DNA from: Corallochytrium limacisporum Hawaii
Lineage: Eukaryota > Protista > Pluriformea
DNA: 38,559 bases
Assembly (NCBI GenBank): GCA_002811645.1
Contig: PDIP01000166.1
Span: forward strand, 1-38,559
Direction: 5' to 3'
How positions within the stretch are numbered: the stretch's first letter is position 1; the number at the start of each line of letters is the position of its first letter. The translations under genes and the position numbers were made by a program. Shown piece after piece: positions 23,025 to 34,475 of the stretch. The notes under the pieces are model-generated. The model saw nothing but the letters and a program-made list of their open reading frames with translations, was not told where the DNA came from and searched no databases.

Positions 23025-23935
23025 ACTATCCAATCCGGGACAGTTGCCACACAAGGGCTCAATCGGTCTAAATGACCTTTGATCATTTCAGTGTATTGAA
23101 AAATCTTTGACACATTGTGTCACGGGCAGAAACGCAGTACATACCCATACAGCATGAGCAGAAACATAGTTCACAGCCGGGAGCACACAGGTGCAACTCA
23201 TTGCCAACGTAATGATGATCACACACACAGTTTCGGAGCTTGTTTTCATGTATCATAAAAGCATTCTACTTTTACACCGTTATCTATTACTATGCTCAAA
23301 CCCCTAAGCCTCAGGTTTCATCTGTGGTTTACACATCTATTGAACATGCGACGGGTACATGCGACGGGCATCCTCATACGCAAGGGAAAGTCAATCCTGC
23401 CACCAAACTCTTCTTGGCCCCCCCTTGAGAGCTTAGTGGCACTACACGCCCCTCTCCCCGGGGAGGGGGGGCCCCCCCTCTCCTCCTGCCCTTCCCTGCC
23501 CCTGCGTCAGCCCATACAGAAGAAAGTCGGAGATGCCACAGAGGCAGGGAGCGGGTCCGTTGACATATCACGTCTCCGATAGTGAATGGCCCGGAGCAGG
23601 GTCAGGATTCCACCCGTGCAAAACGATAGGAAGCAGGGGGAGGACGGTTAGAATGCACAATGGGGAATCGTGATGTCATCTCGGAGGCTTTGTTGTGGAG
23701 AATCGAAATGTGCGCAGACTTTGCGATAAGTCGAACTCAATATGAGCATTTAGAGGTATTTGATCAACATATGCATGTACTGGCTACGCTCTATTTGAGC
23801 ACCGTATATACTCTTGGCTCCTGGTCCGAGGTTCCAATGTCTTGGCTCCGGTCCCTATCGATAGCACAACGCGTCAGACAGAATCATATTCGGAGATCAA
23901 ACCTATTCTTAAATCACCTTACACAACGTGCCACC

Positions 23936-24481
23936 ATGTCCACCACTCTATACAAGGATGTCCCTGGTGTTCACTCTGAGGTGCCCGAAGAGACTAAGGG
24001 CTTCGTCTTTCAACAGACCATGCTGCGGATCAAAGATCCCAAACGGTCCCTCGACTTTTACACCCGCATCATGGGCATGACTTTGGCACAGAAGCTAGAC
24101 TTTGAGCAATACGGCTTCTCTCTTTACTTCATGGTGAAGGTTCCTGACCCTTCAGTCATTCCGTTGGACGACAAGGAGCGCATGAAGTGGGTCTTTGACC
24201 ACGAGACCACCCTGGAACTCACCCACAACTATGGCACGGAGAAGGATGACAATTTCAGCTACCACGACGGGAACAAGGAGCCCAAGGGCTTTGGTCACAT
24301 TGGCTTCGCTGTCCCTGATGTCTACGAGGCCTGTGACCGGTTTGAGAAACTCGGGGTCGAATTCCAAAAGACGCCCAATGGTGGCGCAATGAAGGGTCTG
24401 GCATTTATCAAGGATCCGGACGGCTATTGGATTGAAATTTTGAACCGCGCCGGTCCCGGGGCCCAGAAGGTGCGAGAGTAA
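23936..24481 (+). CDS. GLO1: Glyoxalase I (lactoylglutathione lyase), single-domain Zn-type
   Basis: [34 protein letters not shown] and DPDGYWIEI carry the Q/E/H/E metal ligands. Start placed at GCCACCATG (23936), giving 181 aa; the upstream in-frame extension shows no recognisable homology. Confidence 0.96.
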   Translation: MSTTLYKDVPGVHSEVPEETKGFVFQQTMLRIKDPKRSLDFYTRIMGMTLAQKLDFEQYGFSLYFMVKVPDPSVIPLDDKERMKWVFDHETTLELTHNYGTEKDDNFSYHDGNKEPKGFGHIGFAVPDVYEACDRFEKLGVEFQKTPNGGAMKGLAFIKDPDGYWIEILNRAGPGAQKVRE

Positions 24482-24630
24482 GGAAGACATTTTGTCCCAA
24501 GGTACACGCACAACGACGCACAAAAGGCGAACGCGCTGGGCCAAATCTTGGTGGGTACTGATGTGTCACTAAAGGTAGAATTCTTTATCTCACAAAATTT
24601 ATTTGTGTTGGTGTTTTTGTGTACGTTTCA

Positions 24631-24663
24631 GTGATGGTGATGGTGATGGTGATGGTGATGATG
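24631..24663 (+). repeat. (GTGATG)5 plus ATG microsatellite between convergent GLO1 and PIN-like genes
   Basis: Read directly from the sequence. Confidence 0.9.
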
Positions 24664-24751
24664 TTTGCTATTTTACAATGAATCTAAGGATGATACGTAG
24701 TTAAAAGGATATGTCACGCATTGCTGTTGACCGCAAAATCTTTGTCTCCGC

Positions 24752-26668
24752 TTATATGTTTTGCACAATCTGCTGGTACAAGATGGTGATTGGCATCGCC
24801 ATCAGGGTGCTGATGGTGACCATGCCACTGAGGTAGGTTTGGTCGAGCTGGTGCTCCGGAGTGGCACTCGAGGCTGCGATCGTGTGCGCAGAGATGGCCT
24901 GGGGCATGCTGGAAAGGAGAAGAAGGATTTCTCCAGATTCTCGGGGCAGTCCTGCCATGGTCATCAGCGACACGGCACAGAGCATAACTAAGGGACCACC
25001 TACCCAGCGCAGCACCAGACCAGACAATAGGTACTTCTTTTTGCAAGGAATCAGTCCAGACTCGTGCAACTGGAAGCCAATAATGTACACTGACAAGGGA
25101 CCATTAAGTGCGGCCAGCTGACTGACAGCTTCCGTCACAAGCTCTGGCATTTCGTAGTTGAAAACGTTCTGACTGACACTCAGTACGATAGCAAGGATGG
25201 AGATGTGGATCAGATGATTGGTGGCAATGATCTTTGCCACGATCTTGACCATAGCGTAGGCACGAATGCCAGCCTCTTGAGCTACTGACACCGGCATAGA
25301 CCGCTGAGACCAGGCAATACCGCTGACGCCACCTAGAGACTGAGTGTCAGCAAGAAAGCCACCGCCATTGGCGACGTCGTGCATGGTCGATAGTGAAGCG
25401 CGTCCATCTGCGTCAACACTGAGAGCATCATGGGAAGGCACCTGAACATTGCTGGCGTTTTGGTGATGGTGCCCACGCATCCGCCGCACGGGCAAGGGGG
25501 AACGCATCAAGCTCTCAACGTCATAGATATTGTGGTTGTTGTGGCTGGTGTTGTCAGCGGGCAGAACCACACCACCGGACAAAACGTTGTTGTCATCGTC
25601 TGCAATACTGTCTACGTCAGGAAGGTGCCGGTGGCGCCGTCGCGTCTCGTTGCGTGCTACAATGTTCTCGAGGACAACATTGTTCCAACTCACACCAGGA
25701 CCATTATCGGGCATGGTCCGTGCTGACATGGGGCGGCCGTTCTTCTCATCGTCCTCGTCACCATAGTCGGAATCATCAGAGTCGCGCTTGAGATTGACCT
25801 TGCGCGTGGTCATAGGGGTGAGCACCGTGGATACCCCATAGATATCTTGTATCTTTTGAACGGAGACAGCCTTGCCATTCGTGTCTCTGGCATGGTTTGG
25901 ATGTGGCCGGGCATCCATATAGATGGCGGTGTCATCTGGCTTCAGGCCACCGGCCAAAGCGGGAGGTGGCGCAATTGACGAGGACACAGAGTCCGGTATT
26001 TCGTCCACGCTTCGCCGTCCTGCGCTATTGGCAGAAAACATTGAGTCGACACTGGCGTTGAAGGCGTTCGTGTTCTGTTGCTGCTGTTGGTATTCGTCGT
26101 CATAGTCGAACTCAAAATCTGGAATGCACTGACTCTTAGCTTCCGCAATGACATCATTCAGTTTGATGATTTCGTAGAAGCTAAACTGAATCGGCACCTG
26201 GACGGCGTTCTGGAAGAGGATGTAAATGATCAACACACGGTCGGCAACTTCCTGAGGATAGACGGCTGTGAGGATGGGTCGACCCAAAATAACGCTGTTG
26301 GCGATCATCAGTGTCGCGACGATGGTTGGATAGTTAGTGAAAGTTAGCGTCGGCATTGTCCAAGGAATCCATGAAGGCTTCGTGGCTGCGACAGAATTCC
26401 AAGCGAGGATGCCCAAGCCGGAGACAATGTAAGAGAACAGAATGTATAGAGTGATGGTGATGGCAGTATTACCGTCAAGCTGAGTGAAGTCTGTGGCAAT
26501 CACAAGATCTAGAATGAAAGCAGGGATGGCAATTCGTGTGACCACGGTACCAAGTTGCTTGGCTCCCGCTGCGGTGTTCCATTTTAGATGTGCTCCTAAC
26601 CAACCAAGGACGAGTGAAGCATACACGGGTGCGAGATTGACTGCAATGTCATAGTACTGATTACCCAT
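24752..26668 (-). CDS. PIN-like auxin efflux carrier family (Mem_trans/AEC) transporter with long central loop
   Basis: 638 aa from MGNQYY (ATG at 26668). Five hydrophobic segments, an approximately 295-aa polar loop, then five more. Motifs LAPVYASLVLG, RIAIP, ANSVILGRPILTAVY, LFQ..FSFYE, RWVGGPLVM, MPQAI, LSGMVTISTLMAMPITILY. Confidence 0.88.
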   Translation of the reverse strand: MGNQYYDIAVNLAPVYASLVLGWLGAHLKWNTAAGAKQLGTVVTRIAIPAFILDLVIATDFTQLDGNTAITITLYILFSYIVSGLGILAWNSVAATKPSWIPWTMPTLTFTNYPTIVATLMIANSVILGRPILTAVYPQEVADRVLIIYILFQNAVQVPIQFSFYEIIKLNDVIAEAKSQCIPDFEFDYDDEYQQQQQNTNAFNASVDSMFSANSAGRRSVDEIPDSVSSSIAPPPALAGGLKPDDTAIYMDARPHPNHARDTNGKAVSVQKIQDIYGVSTVLTPMTTRKVNLKRDSDDSDYGDEDDEKNGRPMSARTMPDNGPGVSWNNVVLENIVARNETRRRHRHLPDVDSIADDDNNVLSGGVVLPADNTSHNNHNIYDVESLMRSPLPVRRMRGHHHQNASNVQVPSHDALSVDADGRASLSTMHDVANGGGFLADTQSLGGVSGIAWSQRSMPVSVAQEAGIRAYAMVKIVAKIIATNHLIHISILAIVLSVSQNVFNYEMPELVTEAVSQLAALNGPLSVYIIGFQLHESGLIPCKKKYLLSGLVLRWVGGPLVMLCAVSLMTMAGLPRESGEILLLLSSMPQAISAHTIAASSATPEHQLDQTYLSGMVTISTLMAMPITILYQQIVQNI

Positions 26669-27184
26669 TCTTTGATTAAAATGCTCTAACCGTACTTTAT
26701 TCCCTTCTTTGCAAGCGCGAGTGAGCACAGAAGAACCGTCCCACGAACCCGATCTTCGGGACTTTGATCTCAAATACCAAAGATTCCACATACACACCAA
26801 AAAGTTGTGGTGTTCACAGTATGCGACAGTCTCCTTACGCGCTGCGAGTTTATTCACCGTGCAAGAGTCGACATAAGTGTTTGTCGACTTCGCGCCTAAA
26901 CGACGAGAGTGGAGAACTAGAAGACTCCAAAGAACAGCAGGGAAACCGATTTCAGAGTAAACTCTGCAGACGTCTAACATAACGGAACAAGAAATCCACT
27001 CCCTGAGTTAGCCAATGACCTATATGTGTTCGTCGCAGCGAGAACCCATGGCCATGGTGAAGCCATGAGAGCATGGGGCGGTTGATGGTGCACTTGTGGG
27101 CTGTGAAGCCGAAGGGGGAAAAGGGGGGCGGGGGGAGGGGGAGGCGAACTTGACAGGGCGAAGGGTCTGCGTGGGTGGGGCTAA

Positions 27185-27250
27185 GATTAATTCATGTGTT
27201 TTATTATTGTCTTATTGTCTCAGTGAACGAAGAAAACACATGAATTAATC
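27185..27250. repeat. Perfect 18-bp inverted repeat (hairpin) abutting a gap
   Basis: GATTAATTCATGTGTTTT (27185-27202) and AAAACACATGAATTAATC (27233-27250). Confidence 0.85.
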
Positions 27251-29037
27251 NNNNNNNNNNNNNNNNNNNNNNNNNNNNNNNNNNNNNNNNNNNNNNNNNN
27301 NNNNNNNNNNNNNNNNNNNNNNNNNNNNNNNNNNNNNNNNNNNNNNNNNNNNNNNNNNNNNNNNNNNNNNNNNNNNNNNNNNNNNNNNNNNNNNNNNNNN
27401 NNNNNNNNNNNNNNNNNNNNNNNNNNNNNNNNNNNNNNNNNNNNNNNNNNNNNNNNNNNNNNNNNNNNNNNNNNNNNNNNNNNNNNNNNNNNNNNNNNNN
27501 NNNNNNNNNNNNNNNNNNNNNNNNNNNNNNNNNNNNNNNNNAGAAAAAGAAAAGGAGGAAAGATCGAGAGATGGGGAAGGGTGGGAGAGAGGAGGGAGGT
27601 GGGGGGAGGGGGAAGGGGGTGGGTCACACCGGTAGAAAATTGTTTGTCACCAACCCGCCTGGTCCTGTATTCTTTTCTTTTTGTCCTTGAATGTTTCGTA
27701 GACTCCTACCGTGGTCCCCCGGTCCAAGCCTCCCTTACCGTCCCCTCTCCCTTTCTCCTTCACTGCTCGCGCTATCTTCGGTGCTTCGCAATTTTTGGAC
27801 TTGCGAGCGAGAGAAGGAGAGAAAAGAGAGAGAGGGCGCCCTTTCTGGTTCTCGTCTGGGAGAGTTTGTTTCTCTGTGGTTTTGAAAACAGTTTCACGCG
27901 AGAACAATACCAAGAACGAGCCCTCGATGTTGTATCAACTCTCGTACCAAACTGCGCGTCGCCTACGAAGGTGCAGGATACGAATCACATACCTTAGAAG
28001 GCGATTTCATGGGGGTTTTAAAGGTGTCCCTGGGTGTTTCACACCGACGCGCTCCGAGAACAAGCCAATAAAAGATCATCGCGTTCCTTAGCTGTTCAGG
28101 CAGCTCCACTACTACTCAACCGTGTCTCCTTATGCTGTTACACCAAGTGCAAACCTGCACACAATCGAGAAATCGAGGGTTTTGTGGGGTCGCGCAGCCC
28201 TGGCAAGGGAAAAAAGAACACAGAATGATTCGGAACCCCCAGAGGATCAGAAAGAGTAGGAACGTGGTGGAATGTTAAGCCCATTTTGGGGCTCACGCTG
28301 CAAGGTTGACTGCCACGACGTCAATGTTTTGAATACTCTGTCTCGGGGCTACCAAGGCGAGGTGACCAAAAGATTCATGTTTATGGTGATGCCGGCTACA
28401 TGCTGAAGGAGGTAGATAGTAATGAGCGATGGCGGAGGAGAACGTCAACCTCCGAAATCTCCCTAGGGAAGGCGCTGCCGAAGATGGAGACATCGTAGGG
28501 AGCGGCGCACAGAGAGTGTAACAGCGATCCCCATCCACTACTACCAATGGTGCTGAAGTTGCTGTGTGACATCAGCGAATATGGCAACCCTCCCAAGTCC
28601 CATCAAAACAATTTGTTTGTTGTTGATCCTTCTGCTGCATCATCACATTCTTGGACATGCTAAATATATCAGCTGCCTCGCCATAGTACTTGCATGGAAT
28701 TGTACAAGTAAGGAAGGCAGACATCGCTATTTTTGCACAACCGGGGAGCACTGCCACAGGCGGACGAAATGTCGCCTGTGCCGCCGGCTTTACTTCCACC
28801 TGTGTACGCATGGGTCAAAAGTATCAAGTCTTTGGGTCTTATTACCTGGGTCCTGTGTAATACATATTTGGGAATGTTCATGATGAAAAATTAAGAACAC
28901 AAATATAGGAATTGCGAGGGCCTCGGCACACTAAGACAAATTTGTAGTTTTGTTTGGTACGGTTTTCTTTAACCAATGAACCGTCGCAAGAGGGGACAGG
29001 AAGAGGCCCCCCTCTCCCCCCCCCCCCAAGGGGGAGA

Positions 29038-29330
29038 GGGGGGAACCGTGTACGACCGGAGTGCTGGTCTTCCCCTCTGGAGAAAATGGAAGGAGGGGAC
29101 GGGGGGGTTTCCAAATTTCTATGCGTAAGATATTGACGCTACTGGCTGCAAAAGGTCTTGGGGACAATAGTTCGAAAGCGTGTTGATACTGTCTCTCAAA
29201 CCAATGAATGCCGCGGCGCACAGGGGGGGAACCGTGTACGAGCGGTGTGCCAGTCATTTCTCTGGAGAAATGGGGTTTCCAAATTTCAATGCGTATAAGA
29301 TATTATTGATGGTACGCGGGCTGCAAAGTC
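29038..29330 (+). repeat. Diverged direct duplication, about 110-120 bp, two copies
   Basis: 29038-29157 and 29224-29330 share GGGGGGAACCGTGTACGA, CTCTGGAGAAA, GGGGTTTCCAAATTTC, ATGCGTA, AGATATT and GGCTGCAAA in the same order. Confidence 0.9.
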
Positions 29331-30297
29331 CCATCTATGGTTGGTGATACGCCTGCTCATACATACAGTTCGGGGGGAGGGGGCGCGTGGACAAGGATTG
29401 CGAATGAGGTAAAGACACTTTCCACGAATACATCCCCATACCACTGGTTCTACTTGCCAACAATGGATGTACCTTCTACTTTAGAGGAGTCGACCGGTCC
29501 TGGACTGCACCACACAAGGAGTAAAGGGAGATAAATACAGCAGAACTGAACGCAGCCCATGAAGAGTCGGGCGCCCTGTTTTGTATTCCGCCATTCACCT
29601 CTCGCCCAATATTCGTCAGATAACGCGTTTTCTCGAGCATGGCCCGAGTCCCGAGCCACCATCGTAGGCGATGAGAGGGCTGAGTGATTCGAGCATTTTG
29701 AAACTTTCACCGAAGACAATAAACTTGGTATTGACCGGTATCCATGCAGCACCATGACAAACGCATTTGCTGGAAAGACCTGGTGAGTACAGAAACCTTT
29801 CCAGGATTCTTTTCCCACTGTTAGGGGGCCATCTCACACTCATGCTCAGGACTTTGTACAACACTGTCGCTGTAGTGTGGAGAAAATTTTTAAACGTTTG
29901 AGTCACGAGTGATATCCCCAGTCTCCCTTCCCCTTACTCTTTTTCTTGGTGCCAAAAGGATCCAGGGTGCGTCACACAACAGTAAGCCAGGTGATATCTG
30001 TGATTGTATTTTTGGGAATGAAGCGCTGGCTTCCATAGTGCAAACAGGCGAGCTAAAAGAAGAGACAAGACTCTGTTGCCGTGTTGCTAATTACGGAAAT
30101 AACAGCCGTCGTAAGCCCTGAAACGGACCCCCTAGACGTCCTATACATTACCCTTGAAAACGTAACTCGCGCTTGGGTTGTGCCCGTTTCGGGACGTTAT
30201 GTGGGAGCGACCCATGCGCGGCGCACATTTACCCCTCGTTTTCCAAGGGGGCGGCAAGGGTTCTCCACAATGGCCTCACGTCGGCCCGTGCGCGCGC

Positions 30298-30494
<197 letters not shown>

Positions 30495-32327
30495 AAATAG
30501 AAACAGAGCACGCTCGCCTCCCTCCCCCTTTCTCTCCCACTCGAGTTACCTCCGCATTCAGTTCTAAATGTATGGGAATCCGTTTTCTCGATCGTGGCGC
30601 AACCATCGGTCTTCATTGTACAATCAGCTGATAGCAACACTGTCGAAGAGCAGTTCATACATTGGGTACGGAAGCTCAGCGTTTTGGCCTCCCCAAACGT
30701 GGACACCAAGCTAATTCAAGCCAAGGTGAATACCACAACCAGCTTGGTGGAGAAGGCTGATTAGCCTTCGAATGAAATACTCTTTGTGCGAAGCTGTGAT
30801 CATCATTGTGGGCATGCCACTGCGCACTGTGTTTTTTTTTTGAGTTTATTGGCCACACCATATATCAAAAGTGTACACACGCCCAACATTGTCACTCTGT
30901 ACAATGTACCACCGCCAACTGCAGGACCTGTGTAACAATTGCCGCCCCGCAAGAGAGCATACCTCCTGCCGTTTCATTCCCCCAGCTGAGAGGTGGCTCA
31001 CAATGCTAAACCGTCTCCGATGATACATACTTAACCATTGGGGGCTGTGTCATTGGGACATCATGCGCCGTTGCCTTGCAGCCCACACTCCTTCGCTCAC
31101 TGCACTTCACACATTCCACCTAGGAAGGTTATTCTCCCAAACGGCCATGACTCAAAGGTACGCCTGACTGATGAGCCCACTGTGTTCCACTTTTGCATCA
31201 TCAGCAAGGAGGTAAGCAGTATGCCGAGGATACCTAGCTCACACACTGTGGGTTCGATGAGCTGGTATCATGGAGCGCATTGAAAAGCAGTGAGAGGTAG
31301 ATAGTTGGTACCAGTTCCATTTCAGGGAACTCTTGGCGTTTCATAAGCGTTGAAGTGCTCGTATACAATTCTACCAGTTTCTGGCACAAGGTGCGGTTCT
31401 AAGGACACGGCTTTGTGACGCTAAAGGGTCATACTTTAAGGGCTTACAATGCGAGAGAGGCAGAAGCTTTCGACTGCTCTCAAGGCGTCGCTGTCGCTGT
31501 TGGCTACGCCACCGACGCCTTGGGTTGCAGTGACCGGCAACCAATTCTGACCATTTCCAAGAGTCGAAACTCATTGCAAACAATGGCCCGGTTATCAATG
31601 CTGTTTATGTCTTGGGGAGAGGCCCTTCACATCATTCTCGGGACCACCAATAACGTTGACTGGATGATGCAAAGTGAAGGAAACACAGAAAGGAGGCACT
31701 GTGGAAGCATCAGTCTCCCGGAAGACACATCCTACAGCTGTGCATGAACCTATGCCGTTGTGTCCTGTGGTACATACCCAACAATGTTATATGGATACCC
31801 GTCTCGAGGACTCTAAGTGAGCAAGCCCTTTCGTTAGCACGACGTCGACTTGGATGGAGCACCTCGCAAGGAGCCGCACGGGGGGGGGCTGGTCACCCTA
31901 GGCAATGGTACCTCATGTTTTCTCAAAAATAGGCCCCGGACCCAGGCCCGACGGTGCGTCAGAGAGCGTGTATTTGTATTGGCTTTTTTCCTCGTACCTA
32001 CCCGGAATCAAGCAGGGCCAAACACCAGTCCCTTCCTTCCTCGGAGAGGTATGGGAGGGCTGGCGGTGGGGCCGGACTCCGGTTGACTCTACTTCGTCTG
32101 CCGGAGGTTTGTTATGGTCCCCGTCCAGACAGTGTGACTCCTTTGTATGAAGTGGCGGGGATTTGGGTGCGCGAATTTGGACCTTGGTACGTCCATTATG
32201 TAGTCAATAGCTCTTCTTGGATCCGCTCTCTCTTCACTGAACAGTCTGTGGTATTTGGTGAGTGGTTCACAGACAATGCTGTGTTGAAGACTAAGTGTTG
32301 AGCCATGTTTTAGTGTATCAGGTCAGT

Positions 32328-33497
32328 ATGCTTGACTTTAATCCTGTTCAGGCCTTTGTGGTGGCTCTCACTGTAGGGTGCTACGTGGGCATTGTACAAC
32401 GTCGTAAGCAGAATGCCTTCCCCTTGGCAGAGTATGAAGAACTGCCGACTGACACCCCGGCCGACGCAAAGCGCAAGGTAGTTGTGACAGGTGGCGCAGG
32501 CTTCCTTGGTAACGTGATTGTCCGGCAGCTTTTGGAACGTGGTGATTCGGCTGTCACTTGCTTCGATGTCCTTATTCCAAAGCAGAAATACCCCGGAGTC
32601 AGGTACATCAAGGGTGACGTTCGGGTTAGGGAGCATCTGGAGAGGGCATTCGAGGACCAAGACAGCGTGATCCATGTGGCTAGTATTTTACCTGGTGTTG
32701 GTCGGGACCAAATTATCCCCGTCATCAACGTCGAAGGAACCAAAAATGTAGTTGATGCGTGTGGCAAGCAGGCGGTGTCGCGTTTAGTTTACACATCCAG
32801 TGCCACTGTAGCCATCGAAAAGGACGACCGCAGTGTAGCTAACTGCAAGGAAACTGAAGGTTATCCAGATCAGACCATCGATGTGTACACCGAATCCAAG
32901 GTGGTGGCAGAGAAGCTCGTTCTCGGTGCGAATTCAGAGACTCTCCACACCTCCGTGTGCCGTCCTGGAGCAGTCTTTGGTCCCGGTGACAAACAAATTA
33001 CTGATATGTACGTACGGGGCGAAGCAAATTTCTGTATCGGTGAAGGTGAGCATGATATTGATTGGATACATGTAGATAGCGTTGCCCATGGACATGTTTT
33101 AGCAGAGGAACACATGGTTAAGGGTGATCCCGCGTGTGGTGAGGCGTTTAATATCACTAGTTCTACACCCATGAAGTATCGAAACTTCCGTGGTACCAAG
33201 GAAGTCAATGTCGGTAAATCAACCAATCACTGGGGCCACCCCCCGGCTGATATTATGCCCATCAATATTGTCTATGCACTGGCCCTTTTCAATGAGTGGT
33301 GCTACGCACTGACATCTATAATCCCTCTTGGTCCTGAGCTTACCTTGATGGCTATTGATTTTACACAGCGTACTTACTGGTTTAACACTGACAAGGCACG
33401 CAAATTGCTGGGCTATAAGCCGTTGTACACCACTGACGAAGGGATTAAGAGGACTCGCGAAGTCTATGAAGCGTCTTTGAAGCCCAAGAATGCATAG
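32328..33497 (+). CDS. 3-beta-hydroxysteroid dehydrogenase/NSDHL(ERG26)-family extended SDR with N-terminal membrane anchor
   Basis: 389 aa from the first ATG. VVTGGAGFLG NAD site, VIHVAS, INVEGTKNVVDAC, LVYTSSATV, catalytic YTESK, RPGAVFGPGD, HVLAEE..ACGEAFNIT, KARKLLGYKP. Confidence 0.92.
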   Translation: MLDFNPVQAFVVALTVGCYVGIVQRRKQNAFPLAEYEELPTDTPADAKRKVVVTGGAGFLGNVIVRQLLERGDSAVTCFDVLIPKQKYPGVRYIKGDVRVREHLERAFEDQDSVIHVASILPGVGRDQIIPVINVEGTKNVVDACGKQAVSRLVYTSSATVAIEKDDRSVANCKETEGYPDQTIDVYTESKVVAEKLVLGANSETLHTSVCRPGAVFGPGDKQITDMYVRGEANFCIGEGEHDIDWIHVDSVAHGHVLAEEHMVKGDPACGEAFNITSSTPMKYRNFRGTKEVNVGKSTNHWGHPPADIMPINIVYALALFNEWCYALTSIIPLGPELTLMAIDFTQRTYWFNTDKARKLLGYKPLYTTDEGIKRTREVYEASLKPKNA

Positions 33498-34475
33498 TTA
33501 GAGTGCTTTCTGAATTGAATGCACAATGCTTTTATGGGACCTATTCCCGAGTATATATGTACCACCACTATTAAACATTGCAAGGTCCTGGTCAAAGGCC
33601 AGTTAGTCTTCCAGTACTGCATACGGGAGCATACACTATGGCATAGACAGGAATTCTTGACCATGACACTGTTACCGTCTGAATTTAAGATGACTACACC
33701 ACCATGTACCAACATCGGTGATGCTGCCGTGCTGCCGTGACCATGTAACGGAAGCAACAATGGCAACATGTGTATGACAAATATCTGTCCACTTGCCCTT
33801 CTTGAACAGTGTCCTCTGTTCCCGATGTGTTACAACTCACGCGTTTGTTCCTCCGAAAACAAGAGCTTAAAGCGGAAGCTACGTCTCTTCCATGTGCGAC
33901 CACCTGGGTGTTTCAAAACATGTAACTGTTTCAAGACCCGCACTGCTTGCAGACTACGTTGTCTCGATCGGGAAAGATTGCTGGGCTGCCAGAGACCGGC
34001 CATATCCTTTTTCCTGAGTGAGTTGCTTGGTACCTCTATCGTCGACAGCGAGAAAATCGTTTTCCACTCGCCGGTATCTTGTGTTTGTGTGTCCCCGTCC
34101 TCGAATCGAGCCCGGATCGCAAGTGTCTCCAAACTTCTCCCAGTGTCTTCTTCCCCTTCATGGCATTGTCCAAACCGCACAGCGAACCATATGCCCCCCT
34201 GTCTCACAGTACCGGTTCATCACTTTTGCGCGAATTGCCTATGTTTTGTATGGAAGGCCCTCCCCTCCCCGCATGCGGACCGGGAAGGAAATGAGAGAAC
34301 GGACCCAACAAGCGTCCCACCCACTCGTGTGCCCACCCCGGTTCCGGCGTGCTCAGCACATTTTGAAGGCATTCTACCTAAAGCCTCCGCCACCCTCCCT
34401 ACCTTTTGAACCGACCGTACGGGCCGCCATCCGTGCGTAATCTGCGCACTTTTCCCGCGCGCTCGCCCGTTCTCG

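Noticed and set aside
23660-23935. 92-aa N-terminal extension of GLO1
   Set aside because: No recognisable homology or targeting character, and GCCACCATG at 23936 gives a normal-length enzyme.
26669-26980. 104-aa N-terminal extension of the PIN-like ORF
   Set aside because: It begins at a non-ATG codon, and PIN similarity starts right after the Met at 26668.
27788-27800. GCAATTTTTGG resembling an snRNA Sm site
   Set aside because: The upstream sequence shows no U1/U2/U4/U5 features.
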